Source: an uncultured Candidatus Binatia bacterium
GTDB lineage: Bacteria; Desulfobacterota; Binatia; UBA9968; JAJDTQ01
Assembly: GCA_965215605.1 (NCBI GenBank)
Contig: OZ244070.1
Coordinates: forward strand, 864,001 to 928,000
Reading direction: 5' to 3'
Length of the DNA: 64,000 nt
In this document: piece by piece, positions 38,099-47,021 of the stretch
Layout of the letters: every line of letters starts with the position of its first letter
Position numbering within the stretch: position 1 is the first letter of the stretch
Made by a program: the position numbers and the translations under genes
The notes under the pieces: model-generated
The model's input: the letters and a program-made list of their open reading frames with translations, nothing else
Databases searched by the model: none
Told to the model about the DNA's origin: nothing

Positions 38099-38482
38099 TC
38101 AGTCCTCGTCTTCATCGAAAAAGGTGGCCAAGCGGTCCACGTGTTGGCGCCACTCGTCGGCGGTTTCTGGGCGCTTTCCCCTGAAACTCATTTGATGAGC
38201 AGGCTCAAGCAAGTCGAGCGGCCGATCCTCGTCTTCGACGAACACTTCGATGAGGGTGCGGTTGACATCCTTTCCGACCAGCCGGCGCAAGAGTTGCGCC
38301 GTCCGCGGACTCAGCTTCAAGGTACGGACGAACGCGTCGACCACCTGCTCGGAGGGTGCCGTCTTCTCCTCCCTTTCAAGCCGGTGAATGTACGCGTGGT
38401 CGATGCCGCACAGCTTGCCGAACTCCCGTAGGCTCAGGTTGCGGGCTTCCCGGAATTTTTTCAGCGTGTAGCCGAACGACAT
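38099..38482 (-). CDS. capH: CapH-like XRE HTH repressor
   Basis: FGYTLKKFREARNLSLREFGKLCGIDHAYIHRLE; abuts capP. Confidence 0.75.
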   Translation of the reverse strand: MSFGYTLKKFREARNLSLREFGKLCGIDHAYIHRLEREEKTAPSEQVVDAFVRTLKLSPRTAQLLRRLVGKDVNRTLIEVFVEDEDRPLDLLEPAHQMSFRGKRPETADEWRQHVDRLATFFDEDED

Positions 38483-38492
38483 CGCTCCACCC

Positions 38493-38535
38493 TTGACACA
38501 CAGGTTTACTCTGGTATGTTGTCCATATAGACAAC
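38493..38535 (+). promoter_or_regulatory. CBASS promoter with candidate CapH operator
   Basis: TTGACA (38493)-16 bp-TATGTT; palindrome GTTGTC-catata-GACAAC at 38518-38535. Confidence 0.6.
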
Positions 38536-38690
38536 GAAGTAGATAAAACCTAGAATCTAACCTAGTTTTTGGCACCGTAGAATGCTGGGCCCCGTCGTCT
38601 GCACGGACTACAGGATAGCCAATTGTGGCATTCGTGACAAGGACTGGCCAACGGAACGCGGGTGTCGATAGCGAAGGCCCCTGATCTGAC

Positions 38691-39686
38691 ATGACGACCA
38701 CAGAACTACAGCCGCCCCAACGCCGCGTCCTGTCCATCGACGGGGGCGGGATATTGGGGACGTTTCCTGCCGCTTTCCTCGCGGGGCTCGAACAGCACCT
38801 GCCGAAGCCGATAGGCAGCTATTTCGATCTGATCGCGGGGACGTCTACCGGCGGCATCATCGCGATAGGGCTCGCGATGGGGCTCCGCGCGTCCGAACTG
38901 CTAGATCTCTACGAGCAGCGCGGCCTGGAGATCTTCGGCCAGGGCCGCGGACCGTTTGCCGATTTCATCCTCGGCAAGCTGCGCCTCGGGCGGTGGCTGA
39001 TCATGAACAAATACGACGCCAAGCCCCTCCAAACCGTTCTCGAAGAAGTCCTCGGCGATCGGCGAATCGGTGATGCCAAGACGCGCCTCCTCGTTCCCGC
39101 CTGGAACCCTGTGGCGCGCTCCGTCTACATCTACAAGACCGCGCACCACCCGCGCCTTCGCAACGACTACAAGTGCCTGGCGGTCGACGCCGCTATGGCC
39201 ACGGCTGCCGCACCCACCTACTTCCGCCAACACGTGACGGAGGATGCGGCCGGCCTGACCGATGGCGGCACTTGGGCGAATAACCCTACGACACTGGCAG
39301 TCGTCGAAGCGATTGCGGTGCTGGGCTGGCCGCGCGACTCGCTGCACGTTCTCAGCCTTGGCTGCCTCGACGAGACCTACAGCGTTCGCAAGTGGGCAGG
39401 TATAGGCACGTTGGGTTCCAAGATCATCAAGCTCTTCATGGACGGTCAGTCCCACGGCGCGATGGGCGTCGCGAAACTGCTTACCGGCCACGAGCATGAG
39501 CGGGAGGCAATCCACCGGATCAACCACACCGTTCCGTTGAATGCCTTCAAAATGGACGACGCCCGCGTCATCCAGGATCTCAAGGGGCTTGGCCACTCTT
39601 TCGCGCGTGATCGCCACCCGGTCCTTGAAACCGTTTTCTTTAACGCTCCGGCGGATACCTTCTTCCCGATTTATCCGCTCGAGTAG
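38691..39686 (+). CDS. CBASS patatin-like phospholipase effector (CapV-like)
   Basis: DGGGILG, GTSTG, AAPTYF, DGG..ANNP. Confidence 0.92.
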   Translation: MTTTELQPPQRRVLSIDGGGILGTFPAAFLAGLEQHLPKPIGSYFDLIAGTSTGGIIAIGLAMGLRASELLDLYEQRGLEIFGQGRGPFADFILGKLRLGRWLIMNKYDAKPLQTVLEEVLGDRRIGDAKTRLLVPAWNPVARSVYIYKTAHHPRLRNDYKCLAVDAAMATAAAPTYFRQHVTEDAAGLTDGGTWANNPTTLAVVEAIAVLGWPRDSLHVLSLGCLDETYSVRKWAGIGTLGSKIIKLFMDGQSHGAMGVAKLLTGHEHEREAIHRINHTVPLNAFKMDDARVIQDLKGLGHSFARDRHPVLETVFFNAPADTFFPIYPLE

Positions 39687-39717
39687 TCGGTTCTTGAAAG
39701 CAGAGGAGGTTAAAGCC

Positions 39718-40920
39718 ATGTCCGTTGATTTCAGCAAATTTAACGAGTTCCTCGAGCTCGTCGGCAGCGAGATCGACATACCGCCGAGCAAGTATCAGGA
39801 CGCTGTTAACCGCTACCACGCGGTGGGGCACTGGCTTGAGGATGGCGACTACGTCGGATGCCAGGGCCAACTGGTCATCTCCCCCCAAGGGTCGTTCCAG
39901 CTTGGGACAGTCGTCAGGCCCATCCGCCACGGCATCGAGGCAAGCTACGACATCGATCTGGTGTGTGAGATGCCGCTTCGCAAGGACTTGACTACTCCGC
40001 GAGCGGTCAAGCAGATCGTGGGCGACCGGCTCCGGCAACACGAAACCTACCGCCGGCTTCTCGATCCCGAAGGCCGACGCTGCTGGACCCTCGAATATGC
40101 CGAACAGGACGGAGTGGGGTTCCATCTCGACGTCTTGCCCGCTGTTCCTGACAACAACGGGCTCCAGAGTACAGCCATTGCAATCACGCACAAAAACGAC
40201 GCCGTGTACTCGTGGTCGGCGAGCGACCCGCGCGGGTACGGGACGTGGTTCGACGGCAAGAACGCTGCAGCATTTGCGCGTGTCGTCGTCGAACAGAAGC
40301 GGTTCATCCAGCGCCAGGCATTCCTCATCTATGCGCGCGTCGACGACGTCCCGGATCAACTGGTCCGGACGCCGCTGCAGCGCTCGGTCCAACTCATGAA
40401 GCGGAATCGCGACCTGCACTTCAATGATCCCGGGAAGATTGACCACGCCCCTATCTCGGTCATCATCACGACCCTTGCCGCGCACCTTTACCAAGGCGAA
40501 CCGGACACGTACTCTGCTTTAGCCGGTATTGTTGGCAGACTCCAGGGACATGCGGGGCTCGTGGAGGGCGGGACAATTGACCCGTCTCTGGCGACGATGG
40601 GCCTCATCCGGCGGCTCCGGGACGGCACGTGGTATATTGGCAACCCGGTCAATCCGGCCGAGAACTTCGCCGACCGATGGCATGAGGACGGTCACGCACG
40701 CGCACGGGCGTTCTTCTCTTGGGTGACCGGTCTGCAAAAGGACCTGCTGAATCTTCAGACCGACACCAACCCACGTCTGCTCAAGGAGAATCTGACCGGG
40801 GTGTTGGGGACCGCGGCGGTAGCCAAGCATTTTGGCGTTCTCGTTCCATCAGCCGATGCCGTGGAGCCGCGCCCGCGAATCCATATCAACAGGCCCGCGA
40901 AGCCGTGGCGACGCGGGTGA
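39718..40920 (+). CDS. CD-NTase (cGAS/DncV-like), clade G-like
   Basis: QGSF.LGT, DIDLV, HLDVLP, PISVIITTLAA, NPVNPAENFADRW; ends KPWRRG. Confidence 0.9.
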   Translation: MSVDFSKFNEFLELVGSEIDIPPSKYQDAVNRYHAVGHWLEDGDYVGCQGQLVISPQGSFQLGTVVRPIRHGIEASYDIDLVCEMPLRKDLTTPRAVKQIVGDRLRQHETYRRLLDPEGRRCWTLEYAEQDGVGFHLDVLPAVPDNNGLQSTAIAITHKNDAVYSWSASDPRGYGTWFDGKNAAAFARVVVEQKRFIQRQAFLIYARVDDVPDQLVRTPLQRSVQLMKRNRDLHFNDPGKIDHAPISVIITTLAAHLYQGEPDTYSALAGIVGRLQGHAGLVEGGTIDPSLATMGLIRRLRDGTWYIGNPVNPAENFADRWHEDGHARARAFFSWVTGLQKDLLNLQTDTNPRLLKENLTGVLGTAAVAKHFGVLVPSADAVEPRPRIHINRPAKPWRRG

Positions 40921-41648
40921 CAGAGGACTTGCGGAAGCAAATCGCCGAGCTAAGTGGCGTTCACAAGAGACTGACGGACGTCGTCGAGCACGACGCCGAA
41001 ATCCTCTTGTCCGGCACGTTGGATTTCGAGGCGTCCGCCGATGGGCTGGAAACCATCACGGCGTCGTTCGCCGTTGAACTGAGCATCCCGCACGTGTTCC
41101 CTGACCGATTACCGTGGGCGAAGGAGATCGGTGGCCGGATTGGGACCGATTACGAACATCTCAATTCAGATGGCACGCTGTGCCTCGCTGTCCCGGTTGA
41201 GCAGCGACGCGTGTTTTTTGAGCAGCCCACTCTGCTCGGATTTGTAGACCGGCTACTAGTCCCCTATCTGTATGGGTACTGTTTCTGGAGGAAGCACGGT
41301 TATCACCCGTTCGACGAAGCGGCGCACGGAAATGAGGGGATCCTGCGCTACTATGTCGATACCCTCGGCTTGCGAGATCCCCTCAAGGTGCTGGCCTTCA
41401 TCTGTTTCCTCTTCGAGCATGGATACCGCGGGCACCACGACTGTCCCTGTGGGAGCGGTCGCAAAGTTCGGGCGTGCCACGGACCAGTGTTGCACGCTCT
41501 CCACAAGCATCATACGCGGGAGACGGTCCGCGGCGATTTCTTGGCAATCCTTGGTATCTGTTTCGCCCGATTCGAAAAAGGCCAGCTCTCCTTTTCGGGT
41601 CCACTGCGAAATCAACTGATCCGGCTACTGAAAAGGTTTAAGGACTGA
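40917..41648 (+). CDS. E2-like protein with SEC-C zinc motif (short Cap2)
   Basis: GTGA overlap with the CD-NTase stop; FPDRLP, HLNSDGTLCL, CPCGSGRKVRACH. Confidence 0.8.
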   Translation: MTEDLRKQIAELSGVHKRLTDVVEHDAEILLSGTLDFEASADGLETITASFAVELSIPHVFPDRLPWAKEIGGRIGTDYEHLNSDGTLCLAVPVEQRRVFFEQPTLLGFVDRLLVPYLYGYCFWRKHGYHPFDEAAHGNEGILRYYVDTLGLRDPLKVLAFICFLFEHGYRGHHDCPCGSGRKVRACHGPVLHALHKHHTRETVRGDFLAILGICFARFEKGQLSFSGPLRNQLIRLLKRFKD

Positions 41649-42870
41649 AGGTCGCTTCCCTGGCCGGGGCTTGGTCCTCGTCGCCAATCGGGTATCCTTT
41701 CAGGATGTCGGCGGCGATGCTGTCGGACACGCGGGTGGCGGACTCGCGCACCGACTCCCGCGCCAGATGCGCGTACCGCGCGGTGGTCTCCACCTTGGTG
41801 TGACCCAGGAGCTTCCCGATCATGGTCAGCCCTTCGCCGAGCGCCAGCGCCCTGGACGCGAACGAGTGGCGGCAGTCGTGGAGCCGCACGTCCTCCAACT
41901 CCGCGCGCTTGCGGATCCGGTCCCAGGGGTCGTTCAGGTTGCGCAGGTGCGTGCCCGCCTTCTTCCCGGGGATCACGTGCGGGTTCCCCTCCACGCGCGG
42001 GATGCCGGCGAGCACCCGGGCCGCCTCCGGCGAGAGCGGCGCCACGCGCGCTCCGGTCTTGGAGTCCTCGAGCTTGATCTCGCGCGCATCGAGGTTCACG
42101 TCCCGCCAGCGGAGCGCCAGGACCTCGTTCCGCCTCAACCCCGTGAGCAGCAGCAGCCGGATCGCCGCCACCGCGTGCACCGACATTCCATTCCCGTTCT
42201 CCGCCTCCGCCAGCGCCCGGCCCAGCCGGCGGAACTCCTCCTCGCTCAGGAACCGCTCGCGCCCGCGCTCGCGGTTCTTCACCACCACCCGGCACGGGTT
42301 GCTCGCCTCCGGCAACTCCCCCCGGTCCTCCGCCGAGCTCCAGATGCGCGACAGCGCCTCCACAGTCCGGTTCGCCATCGACGGCGTCCCGCGCATCGAG
42401 TGGTGCAGTTCGGTTACCCGCTTGTGATCCACCGCCAGCGCCGGGACTCTGCCGAGTGCTGGCAGCAGGTGCTTGCGGACGATCAGCGTGTACATCTCCA
42501 CCGTCCTTGGCTTGCACCGCACGGCCACGTGCTCCTCGAGCCACCGGCGCGCAAGCTCCCCCACCGTGGGACCCTCGACCAGCGCCGCAGCGGGTTCCGC
42601 CAGCGGCTCCTCTCCCGCCTTGATGCGCGCGATGATCAGCGCCGCCCGCCTGCGCGCCTCCTCCGCCGTCACGATCCCGTGCCGGCCCACCGTCACCCGC
42701 TTCGCCGCCTTGCCGTTGGCCCGGGTCTGCACCACGTAGTACTTGCTCCCCGACGGATAGGCGCGAACCCCGAAGCCCGAAAGCTCCGAGTCCCAATAGA
42801 CCGTGTCCCTCTCCACTGCCAGCGCTTCCACCGTGCGCTTCGAAATCGTCGCCGTGGTGAGCTTCGCCAT
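41638..42870 (-). CDS. Tyrosine integrase
   Basis: WDSELSGFGVR, LTGLRRNE, HDCRH, LLGH, TTARY. Confidence 0.95.
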   Translation of the reverse strand: MAKLTTATISKRTVEALAVERDTVYWDSELSGFGVRAYPSGSKYYVVQTRANGKAAKRVTVGRHGIVTAEEARRRAALIIARIKAGEEPLAEPAAALVEGPTVGELARRWLEEHVAVRCKPRTVEMYTLIVRKHLLPALGRVPALAVDHKRVTELHHSMRGTPSMANRTVEALSRIWSSAEDRGELPEASNPCRVVVKNRERGRERFLSEEEFRRLGRALAEAENGNGMSVHAVAAIRLLLLTGLRRNEVLALRWRDVNLDAREIKLEDSKTGARVAPLSPEAARVLAGIPRVEGNPHVIPGKKAGTHLRNLNDPWDRIRKRAELEDVRLHDCRHSFASRALALGEGLTMIGKLLGHTKVETTARYAHLARESVRESATRVSDSIAADILKGYPIGDEDQAPAREATFSP

Positions 42871-42891
42871 TCGAGGATGCCTCCCTCCGGC

Positions 42892-44073
42892 TCAGACCGC
42901 GCCCGGCGGCAGGACGTCCGCCGCGATGCTGCCCCCGACCCGGGCGGCCGAAGCCTTCTCCGTGTCCCGCGCCAGATGCGCATAGCGCGCCGTGGTCGCC
43001 ACCTTCGCGTGACCCAGCAGCGCGCCGATCATCGAAAGCCCCTCGCCCAGCGCCAGCGCCCGCGAGGCGTACGAATGACGGCAGTCGTGTAGCCGCACGT
43101 CGCCGAGCCCCGCCCGCCTGCGGAGCCTCATCCAGACGGCATCGAGGTTCGTGAGACGAGTTCCGGGCTTCCGCCCCGCGATCACCCACGGATTGTCCTT
43201 CGTCCGCGGTATCCCCGCGAGCACCGCCTCCACCGCCGGCGTGAGCGGCACGCTGCGCCATCCCGTCTTGCCGTCCCTCAGCCGAAGCTCCCCCGCCGTG
43301 TGGTCCACGTCGTCCCACCTGAGCGTCAGGATCTCGTTCCGGCGGCAGCCCGTGAGCAGCAGCAGACGGAGCGCGGGGATCGCCGGAGGGAACACCGTGC
43401 CGTCGGCTTCCGCCTCGTCGAGCACCCGCCCCAACTCGCGGTACTCCTCGGGCGTCAGGAACCGCTCGCGGCGCGTCTCCCTGTAGCGGCGCACAGACCG
43501 GCACGGATTGCGCCGCGGCGGCGTCATCCCCCAGGCCTCCGCCAGTCGGAACATGTGCGCCAGGACCCCCACCGCCGCGTTCGCCTGGTAGGGCTTCCCC
43601 CGGAGCTTGTGATGGAACTCCGAGACTTGCGGGCGATCCACCTTCGAGAGCTGCAGATGGCCCAGCTCCGGCACGATGTACAGGCGCAGGATACGCCCAA
43701 AGGCCTCCACCGTCGCGGGCCGGCAGTTCACCCGCACATGGGCCTCTATGTAGCGCTCGGCGAGATCCGCCACCGTGGGCCCGGGCGCCGCGGGCGGAGG
43801 GGCGGGCTCCAGCCCCTGCTTGATGCGGTCGATGGCGAGCGCCGCCTTGCGGCGGGCGTCCTCGGGTGTCAGCCTGCCGTAGCGGCCGAGCGCGAAGCGC
43901 TTCGGCCCCCCGGCCGGTCCCCGGGTCTGCACGCACCAGACCTTGCGGCCCGAGGCATACACCCGAATGCCGAACCCCGGCAGGTCTCGGTCCCAGACCA
44001 CGGTGTCGCCGGACTCGACGGAGAGCGCATCGACGGTGCGCTTGGTAAGCTTGATGGGTTGGCGCGTGGGCAT
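42892..44073 (-). CDS. Tyrosine integrase
   Basis: WDRDLPGFGIR, LTGCRRNE, HDCRH, LLGH, TTARY. Confidence 0.95.
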   Translation of the reverse strand: MPTRQPIKLTKRTVDALSVESGDTVVWDRDLPGFGIRVYASGRKVWCVQTRGPAGGPKRFALGRYGRLTPEDARRKAALAIDRIKQGLEPAPPPAAPGPTVADLAERYIEAHVRVNCRPATVEAFGRILRLYIVPELGHLQLSKVDRPQVSEFHHKLRGKPYQANAAVGVLAHMFRLAEAWGMTPPRRNPCRSVRRYRETRRERFLTPEEYRELGRVLDEAEADGTVFPPAIPALRLLLLTGCRRNEILTLRWDDVDHTAGELRLRDGKTGWRSVPLTPAVEAVLAGIPRTKDNPWVIAGRKPGTRLTNLDAVWMRLRRRAGLGDVRLHDCRHSYASRALALGEGLSMIGALLGHAKVATTARYAHLARDTEKASAARVGGSIAADVLPPGAV

Positions 44074-44459
44074 GGGGCGATTTCCTCCGACCTCGGAATC
44101 GGAGAAAATGCTATCAGGACCGTAATCGAAACGCAACCCAGTGAAATCGTATCCTGGTGTTTTCGAGGTCAACGGCTGGCGCCGGTTGACGGAATAGCGC
44201 AGGGAGGCGAGCCTTTCGGGATCGTCAGTAAGCTATTGTAATACAGACGATTATTGCAGTCCTGTCGTGTCAGGACTTGACATGACAGCGCTTGTCCGCT
44301 ACCCGAGAAACATTGAGAAAACCGGTGATATATATGGGTCTTTTTTGCCGTCGGCTGCGTTGCTCTTCCTCGCGTGGTAACCGCCACTGCTCGTCATCGC
44401 GCCTTGCCGACAACAAAAAATCCTCCGCATCTCATCATGCGAACTAACCGGACAGGACA

Positions 44460-45203
44460 CTAGCGCGAGGGGAACACGACGGCGCGCTGCGGCTCGCCCA
44501 GCAGGCGGATGAATCCCCCGAAGGCCGTCTCGCTCAGTTGTTGGAGCCGCGGGATGTTCACCGGCGTTTCCCGCCGGATGCGTTCCGCGGTGATGCGTGG
44601 TCGAAGGTTCCTGAGCTCGGCCTTGTGCACCGGCACGTTGAGCCAGCGCTCGATCAACGGAACGTCCACCTCCAGGTGGAACTGGAAGCCGTAGACGCGG
44701 TCGCCGAAGCGGAAGGCCTGATTCCGGCAGTCGGGCGAGGTCGCCAGCAGGACCGCCTTCCTCGGCAGGTGGAACGTGTCCGCGTGCCACTGGAAGAGTG
44801 TTTCGGTTTCCCTGAAACCGGCGAACAGCGGGTCCCGCCTGCCCTCCTCCGTGATCGAAACGCCGTACCAGCCGATCTCGGGAACCTTGTTGGGTTTCAC
44901 CCTGGCCCCGAGCGCCTTGGCGACGAGCTGCGCGCCGAGACAGATTCCCAGCACCGGAAGATCCTTGTCGAGGGCCCTCCGGATCAGCGACACCTCCGTG
45001 GCCAAATGCCCGTGCTCGACCTCGTAGGCGCTCATGGGACCGCCGAGCATCACCAAGCCGCTGTAGCCGTCGAGCCCGGGGCTGGCGTCGGGATGACGTC
45101 CGAAGTTCACGTAGCGCATCCGGAAGCCCGCTTCCCGGAGCATCGGGTTCAGCGTTCCCAGTATCTCGAACGGTACGTGCTGGCAGACGAGCAGCTTCTT
45201 CAT
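44460..45203 (-). CDS. Type 1 glutamine amidotransferase
   Basis: LGGPMS, GICLGAQ, QFHLE. Confidence 0.9.
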   Translation of the reverse strand: MKKLLVCQHVPFEILGTLNPMLREAGFRMRYVNFGRHPDASPGLDGYSGLVMLGGPMSAYEVEHGHLATEVSLIRRALDKDLPVLGICLGAQLVAKALGARVKPNKVPEIGWYGVSITEEGRRDPLFAGFRETETLFQWHADTFHLPRKAVLLATSPDCRNQAFRFGDRVYGFQFHLEVDVPLIERWLNVPVHKAELRNLRPRITAERIRRETPVNIPRLQQLSETAFGGFIRLLGEPQRAVVFPSR

Positions 45204-45299
45204 GGATGAAGGACGGGCTCCCGCGGGACTTCAACGAGAAACTAACAGAAATCCCCACGGACGGCGACGGAGGTCCGGCCGTCCGGGCGATCCGCCGTG

Positions 45300-46169
45300 C
45301 TACCAGTGCCGCCCGAGGGTCACGAAGATGGCACCCGACACCACCAGCAGCGTGCCGAAGACCACCGCCGGGGTCGTGTTCTCGATGCGGCGCAGAATGA
45401 TGCTGGCCATCAGCACGGTCCATACCGGCGACGTGGCGGTGATGGGAGAGACGACCACGGTCGGCCCCGACGCCAGGGCGAAGAACAGCAGCAGGATCGC
45501 CATGGTCTCGCCGACACCGGAGATGGCGAAAGGGAGCAACGCCTTCCGGTGCCACACGATGGGATCCCGAGGCAGCGGCAGCGACAGGTAGGTCATGAAG
45601 CAGCCCAGCGAGACGATCCCTACCAGCGCCGCGAAGAACAGCGGCTCGTCGGCCAGGAGCATGGCGTATCGACGGATAGGGTGCACGGTGGAGGTCATCA
45701 CGGAGGTCGCCACCGGCAGCACTAGGTACCAGCGACGAAAGTCGGGGATCTGCTCGTCCATTCTCCACGAGGTGAGAGCGGTGCCGCCCACGATCAGCAG
45801 CACCCCCGCCAGATTGAGGGCATTGGTCTGCTCTCCCAGCACGGTGACGCCGATCAGCACGGTGAGCATGGGGTGCGTATTGCGCAGGGTGACGGCCCGG
45901 GATACACCCACCTTGGAGATGGCCAGATAGTGGCACGACCGCAGCACCGTCTGCAGCACGCCGGTGATGACCACCAGATAGAGCGCCGTGCGGGGAACCG
46001 AGGGGGCCCCCTCGGTGAAGAGGACCACGGACGACAGCCCCACCGCGTGCACGGTCAGCGAGAACAGCACGGCGGTGTTGGGGGTCGAGTACCGCAGTCC
46101 CCACCGAGCCGCGATGTTCGACGTGGCGTAGGAGAACGCGGTAAGGAGGGCGAGCAGTTCGAAGGACAT
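45300..46169 (-). CDS. EamA/DMT family transporter
   Basis: Duplicated hydrophobic EamA halves. Confidence 0.85.
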   Translation of the reverse strand: MSFELLALLTAFSYATSNIAARWGLRYSTPNTAVLFSLTVHAVGLSSVVLFTEGAPSVPRTALYLVVITGVLQTVLRSCHYLAISKVGVSRAVTLRNTHPMLTVLIGVTVLGEQTNALNLAGVLLIVGGTALTSWRMDEQIPDFRRWYLVLPVATSVMTSTVHPIRRYAMLLADEPLFFAALVGIVSLGCFMTYLSLPLPRDPIVWHRKALLPFAISGVGETMAILLLFFALASGPTVVVSPITATSPVWTVLMASIILRRIENTTPAVVFGTLLVVSGAIFVTLGRHW

Positions 46170-46268
46170 CTCTTCCCCGGGAAAGCGGACGGGCACGGAG
46201 GGCCGGCATCCCCGTGGCGGTGCCGGAATCATGCCGATGTTCCACGGCGTATCCCGGATCAGGAGAAA

Positions 46269-46901
46269 ATGCGAACGCCGGATCGAAGGCAGCAACGCCG
46301 CAAAGGCAGCTCCATGAAGAAGTTCAGGTTCGACCGCGCGTACTACGACCGGTGGTACAGGGACGACGAGACGCGGACTCTCATGACGGAATACACCCCC
46401 GTCATCGTCCGCTTCGTGCTCGCCTACCTCGACTACCTGGAGGTGGAGGTGAAGACGGTGTTGGACGCCGGCTGCGGCCTCGGGCACTGGCGGACCGCGC
46501 TGAAGGATCTCCGCCGGGACATCGAATACCACGGGTTGGAGACGAGCGAGTATCTCTGCGAAGAGTATTCATGGGAGAAGGGCTCCATCGTCGACTACAA
46601 GTCCGCGGAGTCGTTCGATCTGGTGGTGTGCCAGGGCGTGCTCCAGTACCTGAGCGATGCGGAGTGCAAGGCCGCCATCGACAACATCGCCGAGCTGTGC
46701 TCGCAAGCCCTCTACCTCGAAGTGCTCACCCGCCGCGACGCCAGGGAAAACACGATCCCCGAGCGCACCGACGCCGACGTCTACCTGCGCAAGGGAAAAT
46801 GGTACCGCAAGCGCCTCGAGAAACACTTCCTGAATCTGGGCGGCGGACTCTTCCTGTCCAGCAACTGCGCGGCGACCTGCTATGAGCTGTGGACCCCGTA
46901 G
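46269..46901 (+). CDS. Class I SAM-dependent methyltransferase
   Basis: VLDAGCGLG, FDLVVC. Confidence 0.85.
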   Translation: MRTPDRRQQRRKGSSMKKFRFDRAYYDRWYRDDETRTLMTEYTPVIVRFVLAYLDYLEVEVKTVLDAGCGLGHWRTALKDLRRDIEYHGLETSEYLCEEYSWEKGSIVDYKSAESFDLVVCQGVLQYLSDAECKAAIDNIAELCSQALYLEVLTRRDARENTIPERTDADVYLRKGKWYRKRLEKHFLNLGGGLFLSSNCAATCYELWTP

Positions 46902-47021
46902 CACCCGGAAGACCCGCTTGCCATGGCCGGCGTGTTGACACGGCACGCCGGTCATGGCAAGTCAGCACTTCAAATTCCAGGCATTTAAAGACCTTCCTGA
47001 ACGAGAAGCCATGAGGAACAA

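Larger units (their letters stand above)
1..44300. mobile_element. ICE-like genomic island (left boundary outside the window or undefined; right boundary approximate)
   Basis: Three tyrosine integrases, oriT, plasmid-type leading-region genes and defence cargo. Housekeeping-type genes resume at 44460. No att repeat identified. Confidence 0.8.

Noticed and set aside
44160-44460. tRNA, tmRNA or SRP RNA as the integration target
   Set aside because: No cloverleaf, T-loop/CCA or SRP core motif could be found.
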